A stretch of 64,000 bases of DNA from Octopus vulgaris. Its lineage: Eukaryota. This document shows, piece by piece, positions 57,011-64,000 of this stretch. The position numbers and the translations under genes were made by a program. Position 1 is the stretch's first letter, and each line of letters begins with the position of its first letter. The stretch lies in contig OX597819.1 in NCBI GenBank assembly GCA_951406725.2, positions 22,816,001 through 22,880,000 on the forward strand, read 5' to 3'. The notes under the pieces are model-generated. The model saw nothing but the letters and a program-made list of their open reading frames with translations, made no database searches and had not been told where the DNA came from.

Positions 57011-57311
57011 CAGAAACTTTCTTAACTCAAAAAGTCTCCTAGTTTTGTTAGCAACCGACTTGAACTTTCTCAAGAACTTAAATTAATCTCAAAGAAAAAT
57101 CATACATATGTATAGTTTATTTTCTATGTATATAGAGAAATTATTATATCTAGACAACGACTTAAATTACATTAGTGTCCAGATATTGGACGATGATGGC
57201 AATCACAATATTCGAATACAGGTGATTCTAAAATTCAAATTCATAAGTTTTCTATCAGGTTAACCGATTGCTAACAAAACAAGGAAACTTTTTGAGTTAA
57301 GAGAGTTTCTG
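57011..57311. repeat. Element with approx. 47-bp inverted termini in (TA)n
   Basis: cagaaactttcttaactcaaaaag...ttgttagcaaccg / cgattgctaacaa...ctttttgagttaagagagtttctg. Confidence 0.6.
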
Positions 57312-58297
57312 ATTGATATATATATATATACGTACGTACGTATGTATGTGTGTATGTATGTATGTATGTGTGTATGTATGTATGTATGTATGTATGTATA
57401 ACACAATAACAATTTTTTACTCAGGATTCGTATGGGAAAATTGGCAATGGCAGGAACCCGTTACAGAATCAATAAGTCTGTTGCTCTGTCGTGATTGCTA
57501 TGCAGACGGCAACATTAATTCGTTTATTTAGACTTGTTATGTTGGCAAGACTATTTCGTTAGGTTTAAGTAATTTTGTCGTTCCGACATGTTTTAGATAT
57601 TTTAAAACACTTTTCTCATGAAACTAAGCTAAAATTGTTTTCTTCTTGTCATGCTAAAAACAATGATAATATGGTTCAGTCATCATATTTAATTCAGAAG
57701 GATTTGGTTAACTTGATTTTTATCTCAAGACACCGGTCCTAAGGAATCATACGTTTCTCAACTAAGCGCCTAATCGTAATGAAATCTTTATACGTTAGAA
57801 TCGAGGCTGTAAGAATGATATGTTTCACAACTACGTAACTAATTCTAATAGAATCTTTCTGCATTAGTGTCAAAGCTGTTTGTTAAATATACGTCTGTTA
57901 TTGATTGGAATTTTTATAATGAATATTATTATTGAAGGTGTGGCAATACCAAACTTCATGAATTAGTTAATGGTTGATATTGACAGAAGGCCGGTGTAAT
58001 TATATTATTGATTTCTTTTTCAACTGCCTTGTTGGTGTCAATGATCATGTTTTCTATAAATATGCATGGAAACGATATTGGTGTTGGTTACAATGGTAGG
58101 GTGCCGTTCTTTTCAAAATATACAATACGTAATCAGAGCCAGTCATCAACGAAGTAACTTTCCCGCCACACAGGACTGGGATTTTGTTTTTCGGTTTGAC
58201 GTATTCATGTTAGCCATGATCGAAATTGCTTATAATCAAGCGTTGTCCAGTTACATCTAGCTCATCATTTGGTATAATTTTTCTTTATGTATGTATA

Positions 58298-58700
58298 GGC
58301 GCAGGAGTGGCTGTGTGGTAAGTAGCTTGTTTACCAACCACATGGTTCTGGGTTCAGTCCCACTGCGTGGCACCTTGGTCAAGTGTCTTCTACTATAGCC
58401 TCGGGCCGACCAAAGCCTTGTGAGTGGATTTGGTAGACGGAAACTGAAAGAAGCCCGTCGTATACATGTATATATATATATATATGCGTGTGTGTATTTG
58501 TGTGTGTCCCCCTAGCATTGCTTAACAACCGATGGTGGTGTGTTTATGTCCCCGTTACATAGCGGTTCGGCAAAAGAGACCGATAGAATAAGTACTGGGC
58601 TTACAAAAGAATAAGTCCCGGGGTCGAGTTGCTCGATTAAAGGCGGTGCTCCAGCATGGCCGCAGTCAAATGACTGAAACAAGTAAAAGAGTAAAAGAGT
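58298..58700 (+). mobile_element. SINE family B, full-length copy
   Basis: ggcgcaggagtggctgtgtggtaag head, gggttcagtccc B-box-like motif, gtaaaagagtaaaagagt tail. Confidence 0.85.
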
Positions 58701-59325
58701 ATCATCTAAGACGGTGATCTGGCAGAATTGGTGGGGAATTGGACAAAATGCTTTGCCGTATTTCTTCCAGCCCTTTATGCTCGGAGTTCAAATCCCGCCG
58801 CGATCAACCATGACGTTCATCCCTTCCGGTTCACTAAAATAAAGTACCGGTCAAGTACAAAGTACGATGTAATCGATTTGTCCCCTCCCCACAGAATTCC
58901 CGGACTTGAACCTGCTACAGAGCGGCGTCCTGTTTAAGGGAACGCTTTGACCTCGGTCACCACTATGCCTTGGAAACCGCTTAACCACCCTTAGAAATAC
59001 GGTTCAAGAAAAGTTGAAGGAATGAACCTTTTAGCTTTAGTTTTCGAATTTCTCACCAGTGTAATAGAGACCGGCATATACTCTTTACTCTCTACTCTTT
59101 TACTTGTTTCAGTCATTTGACTGCGGCCATGCTGGAGCACCGCCTTTTAGTCGAGGAAATCGACCCCAGGACTTATTCTTTGTAAGCCTAGTACTTATTC
59201 TATCGGTCTCTTTTGCCGAACTAATAAGTTACGGGGACGTAAACACACCACCAGCGGTTGTCAAGAACAATCTTACTTAGAAATGGATGCGTGCATTCCG
59301 TCATATAATAAATTAATAAATAAAT

Positions 59326-59403
<78 letters not shown>

Positions 59404-60666
59404 TGTATAAGCATATGTGTATTATATATATGTATATATCTGTGTTCGTGTGACTTTCTGTTTGTGTTTGGGCACCATCACCGCTTGACAACCGGTGTTG
59501 GTATGCTTGTGTTTCTGCATGTTAGCTATTCGGCAAAAGATTCCGATAGAATAAGTGCCAGGCTTTACAAAATAAGTACTGGGCCCGACTTGTTAGACAA
59601 AGCCGTGAACATGGTGCTGCAGCAAACAGACTATGCCAATGATTGGAACAAGGAGCGGAAGCAAATGAAATATGTAGCATGTATGTATAATTGTATGTAC
59701 GAATGTGTGCTGCGTACGTATGTTTGAACATCGGTGAAGGTGCGTGGCTATGTGCTTAGGGTATTCAGTTCAGGATCGTAAGGTCGTGTGTTCGATACCT
59801 TGCGGCGTTATCTTCCTCGAGGAAGATAACGTTATTTCATGTATCTCCAGTCAGCTTAGCCGCCAAGAATTAGTTGTACTTCTATCTCTGAGGGCCAGCC
59901 TTGTCACATTCTATGTTACTGTGAATCTCTCTGAGAACCACATTGAGGTTATGCGTGTTTGTGGAGTACTCAGCCACTTGTATGTTAATTTCGTTGCTCG
60001 GTTCAGCTGGAACACTCGAAGCAGACGGAGAATTAATGAACTGAGCATTGATGAATTGTATAAACATCGGTGAGAAAATTGCTGACATACTGGTGTGTCG
60101 AACCAAAATAGCTTGCAATATTTATTACCCCAGCCTCTTGTAGCTCTCGCCTTCGGCAATGTACTGAGCCACTGATTAATCCGTCCTAGAATTAACAAAC
60201 TGTTTTGCTAAAAAAAATGCATGATATAGAATAAAATTAATTAAAACAAATTCTTTATACGTTTTGTATATTTTCGCGTTGGTGTGTATGTCTGTGTGTT
60301 TGTGTGTGTATGTATGTGTGTATGTGTGCGTGTGTTAATGTAAAATTACACATGCTTACATTGCATGAGAGCAAATTGTAATTATTGTCAATTAGTAGAA
60401 AAATTCCTTTCTTGCTTTTGTCATATTTGTACGATTAATTAACTCTTAAGGAAATTAATATCCTAATTAACTGATAGCTCAATTAACATGAAATTAGTAT
60501 AATTAACAACTGATTATTCACTAAATATTTAATTAGCACATGAAAAGTATTATTGAGCTTTAAAAATAATTACATTTAGATTGACTTGTTTAAAAGATGA
60601 TATCCACGCTCATATGCTCCTTCCTAAATATTATTCTTCTAATCCATTTACTAACGTTATTTTCAG

Positions 60667-60790
60667 AAAGTTAACAGATTTACAGATACAAGGAAATAAA
60701 TTAACTGAAACAGAAGACATATGTGTGCAGTTTCCTAATTTAGAAGTCCTGAATATATCATTTAATCTGCTTGATTCGTGGACAGAAGTG
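60667..60790 (+). CDS. LRR protein exon (KLTDLQIQGNKLTETEDICVQFPNLEVLNISFNLLDSWTEV), phase 2-0; gene continues beyond window
   Basis: ttttcag acceptor, gtaaga donor, two LRRs; phase matches the exon at 51415. Confidence 0.92.
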
Positions 60791-60913
60791 GTAAGACCAA
60801 CAACATAAAAAATTCCTTTCATAGAATATTAGCGCAAATGCTACATCATTTTTTTAAATCTACAAGGAACATTCCTGAATGTTATTTTTTAAAGGTCACT
60901 GAGAGAAGGCTGT

Positions 60914-60952
<39 letters not shown>

Positions 60953-61063
60953 GTAACAGAAAAGAGGAATTTCGATTATCCCCACGTGGTGAGTTGTAAT
61001 GCATATAAGAAATAAAAAAAAAGAAAATACGCACACTTATATAGTTTTAATATAATTTTTAAT

Positions 61064-61098
61064 ACATCGACCGGTTTCGCTATCGCTATTCATGATAC
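61064..61098 (-). ncRNA. Minimal HHR, A3-U8 variant (left pLTR)
   Basis: gtatc-ATGAATA-GC-gata-GC-GAAA-CCGG-TC|gatgt. Confidence 0.6.
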
Positions 61099-62602
61099 TA
61101 TGTTTTACTTATTTGAATATATATTTATTCTTAAGAAGAAATTTGGTCCATGTTGTGTGTGATGAAATTCACGAGTGAATGACTAATATGGGTAACCATA
61201 TTTCAGAAATATGGTTACCCATTTTACCTCTACATAAGAGAAAATTGGAAGCGATACCTGGATTACTGCTTTATCATCTGGAAGAACATCGACAAACTTT
61301 TGGATTTCAAAACAACACTAAATGACATAAATAGTAACATTCAATTCACAATTGAATATAACAAAGAACAACTTTCATTTTTAGACATCATAATAAAAAA
61401 AGTTAACAATGAAATTATAACTGACTTTTATTATAAACAATATCTTCAAAACAATATCTACTTTTTAATTCATGCCACCCGAAACACATAAAAATAAACA
61501 TCCCTTTCAACTTAGGAAAAGGGATCTGCACAATAGTGTCTGATAGAACAACTCGGGACCTTCGTCTTCAAGACCTCAAAACAACACTTATTGAAAGACA
61601 ATATCCACACTCTCTTATCGACGAGGGAATTAAACGTGCTAAACAATTAGGCACAAAAATACTAAGAAAAAAATAAACATAGCACCACACCTCAAACCAA
61701 AACATTACTATTTATATCAACACAAAACCCCAGAAACAGTGAGGCATTCAACACTATTGTGCAAACTCTTCCTTTACTAACTAGATATCCAAAAATGAAC
61801 TACATCCTGAAAACACACAAACTCATCAAATGCAAAAAAAAACAAGACAAATCGCTAATGAGACTACTAACAAATGCGAAGCTTTACAAAACAACCACGA
61901 AACCAGCAGTTGAAAAATGTGGACGCCCAAACTGTGGAACCTGCCCCAACCTACTTGAAGGCTCGGATTTCCTTTTCAAACAAGGACAGAGGTTCACAAT
62001 TAAAACTAGTTTCATTTGTGCCTCTGAGAACCTAATTTATGTAATAACTTGCTTGGGTTGCGGACACTACTATATTGGACAAACGAGTATGACCTTGAGA
62101 AAGAGAACATAAGGAGCAAATCCGTTTCCCGCAATACAGACAAATTCCTCTCACTGAACATGTAGAAAAATGTGCAGGTAACATCAAACCAAATTTCACA
62201 ATCTTCCATTTCTACCAAGTGCAAAGACGCAATCTCTCAACTAGAACGTTTAAATAAAGAAATTTTTTTCATTGAAAAATACAAAACACGTCTTAATATG
62301 CACTTATAAACAACGTTTATCTTTTTACATATTTCAATTCACGATTACATCACTGTACATAAATCCCCTACTAAATAAGGTTTTTAAAACTTGTCTCTGT
62401 CTGTACACATAAATAATCTCCACCCATTACCGAAAGCTGAACAGTTATCTCCCTTACCCACAACAATAACAACAATAACGACAACCAATTACCTCCCTTT
62501 ATTTATCTACTTGTGAAGTCATTCACTCGTGAATTTCATCACACACAACATGGACCAAATTTCTTCTTAAGAAAAAATATATATTCAAATAAGTAAAGCA
62601 TA

Positions 62603-62637
62603 ATATCATGAATAGCGATAGCGAAACCGGTCGATAT
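62603..62637 (+). ncRNA. Minimal HHR, A3-U8 variant (right pLTR)
   Basis: atatc-ATGAATA-GC-gata-GC-GAAA-CCGG-TC|gatat; GUC cleavage triplet at 62630-62632. Confidence 0.65.
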
Positions 62638-63380
62638 ATTAAAAATTATATTAAAACTATGTAAAGTGTGCGTATTTTCCCTTTTTTAATTCCTTATATA
62701 TATATATATATATTGAGACTGAATGCTACAAAATATAGCAAATTATCTGATAGTTTAATATAGTTTATCGGTATATTAGCGCTAAAACTCAAAAGATGTT
62801 TTCACAGTAGCGTGTTTTATACAGTAATAATTTATATATACTGTGGCGTGTGGAGTGGCTGTGTGGTAAGTAGCTTGCTTACCAACCACATGGTTCCGTG
62901 TTCAGTTCCACTGCGTGGCACCTTGGGCAAAGTGTCTTCTACTATAACCTCGGGCCGACCAAAGTCTTGTGAGTGGATTTGGTAGACGGAAATTGAATGA
63001 AGCCCGTCGTATATATGTATATGTGCGTGTATGTTTGTGTGTCTGTGTTTGTCCCCCTAACATAGCTTCACAACCGATGGTGGTGTGTTTACGTCCCCGT
63101 AACTTATTGGTTCGGTAAAAGAGACCGGTAGAATAAGTACTGGGCTTACAAAGAATAAGTCCCGGGGTCGACTGAAACAAGTAAAAGAGTAAGAGATACA
63201 TATACACATACATATACATACATATACATATATATATACATATATATACATATACATATATATATATATATACATTATATACATACACATACATATGTAA
63301 ATATATATATATATTTATTTATATGGTATATATGTATGCATGTATATATATTTATGTATGTATATGTATATATATGTGTA

Positions 63381-63445
<65 letters not shown>

Positions 63446-63839
63446 GGTCGTGCGTGCATGTACGTGTGCGTAGGTATGCCTGTCTTTGTGCATGTGTTGT
63501 TGGTGTGTTTACATCCCTGTAATTACACGGAAGTAACCGCTAGAATAAGAACCAGACGTTAAAAAGTAAGTACTGGGGTTGATCCGACCGACTAAAATTC
63601 TCCAAGGGGGTGCCCCAGCATGGCCGCAAAATAATGACTGAAACAAATAAGAGAGAAGATAATATCCGTTAATCTATCACGTAGGACTGGCTGTGTGGTA
63701 AGTAGCTTGCTTACCAACCACATGGTTGCGGGTTCAGTCCCACTGCGTGGAACCTTGGGCAAGTGTCTTCTACTATAGCCGCGAGCCGACCAAAGCCTTG
63801 TGAGTGGATTTGGTAGACAGAAACTGCAAGAAGCCCATC

Positions 63840-63986
<147 letters not shown>

Positions 63987-64000
63987 TGTATGTATGTATG

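Larger units (their letters stand above)
61003..62699 (+). mobile_element. AT-rich Penelope-like element with inverted pseudo-LTRs (61003-61184 and 62517-62699)
   Basis: Decayed RT (WKRYLDY, LSFLD), CGRPNCGTC and GIY-YIG NLIYVITCLGCGHYYIGQT; approx. 180-bp termini are reverse complements. Confidence 0.88.

Overview
This is AT-rich, microsatellite-dense eukaryotic DNA. The SINE, Penelope, Dong and mariner content suggests an octopus genome (inference). It spans the introns of one + strand gene encoding an SDS22-type leucine-rich-repeat protein. Seven exons (18932-60790) splice in consistent phase into 221 aa with 10 LRRs; a probable upstream exon lies near 7178-7319 and the gene continues past the window. 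The introns are full of mobile elements: three Penelope-like (PLE) pieces, RTE, CR1-like, Tx1/L1 and Dong/R4 LINE fragments, mariner and MITEs, and many tRNA-derived SINEs. The main hidden signal is a hammerhead-ribozyme (HHR) system. It comprises (i) a 488/489-bp head-to-tail array at 39658-41037 with an intact minus-strand type I HHR in each unit, i.e. a retrozyme-like precursor of a structured circular RNA; (ii) a tRNA-headed SINE carrying an HHR; and (iii) about ten minimal HHRs in PLE termini and short fold-back elements, including C3-G8, U3-A8 and A3-U8 core variants. All folds and alignments were read by eye, nothing was computed, and repeat boundaries are approximate.
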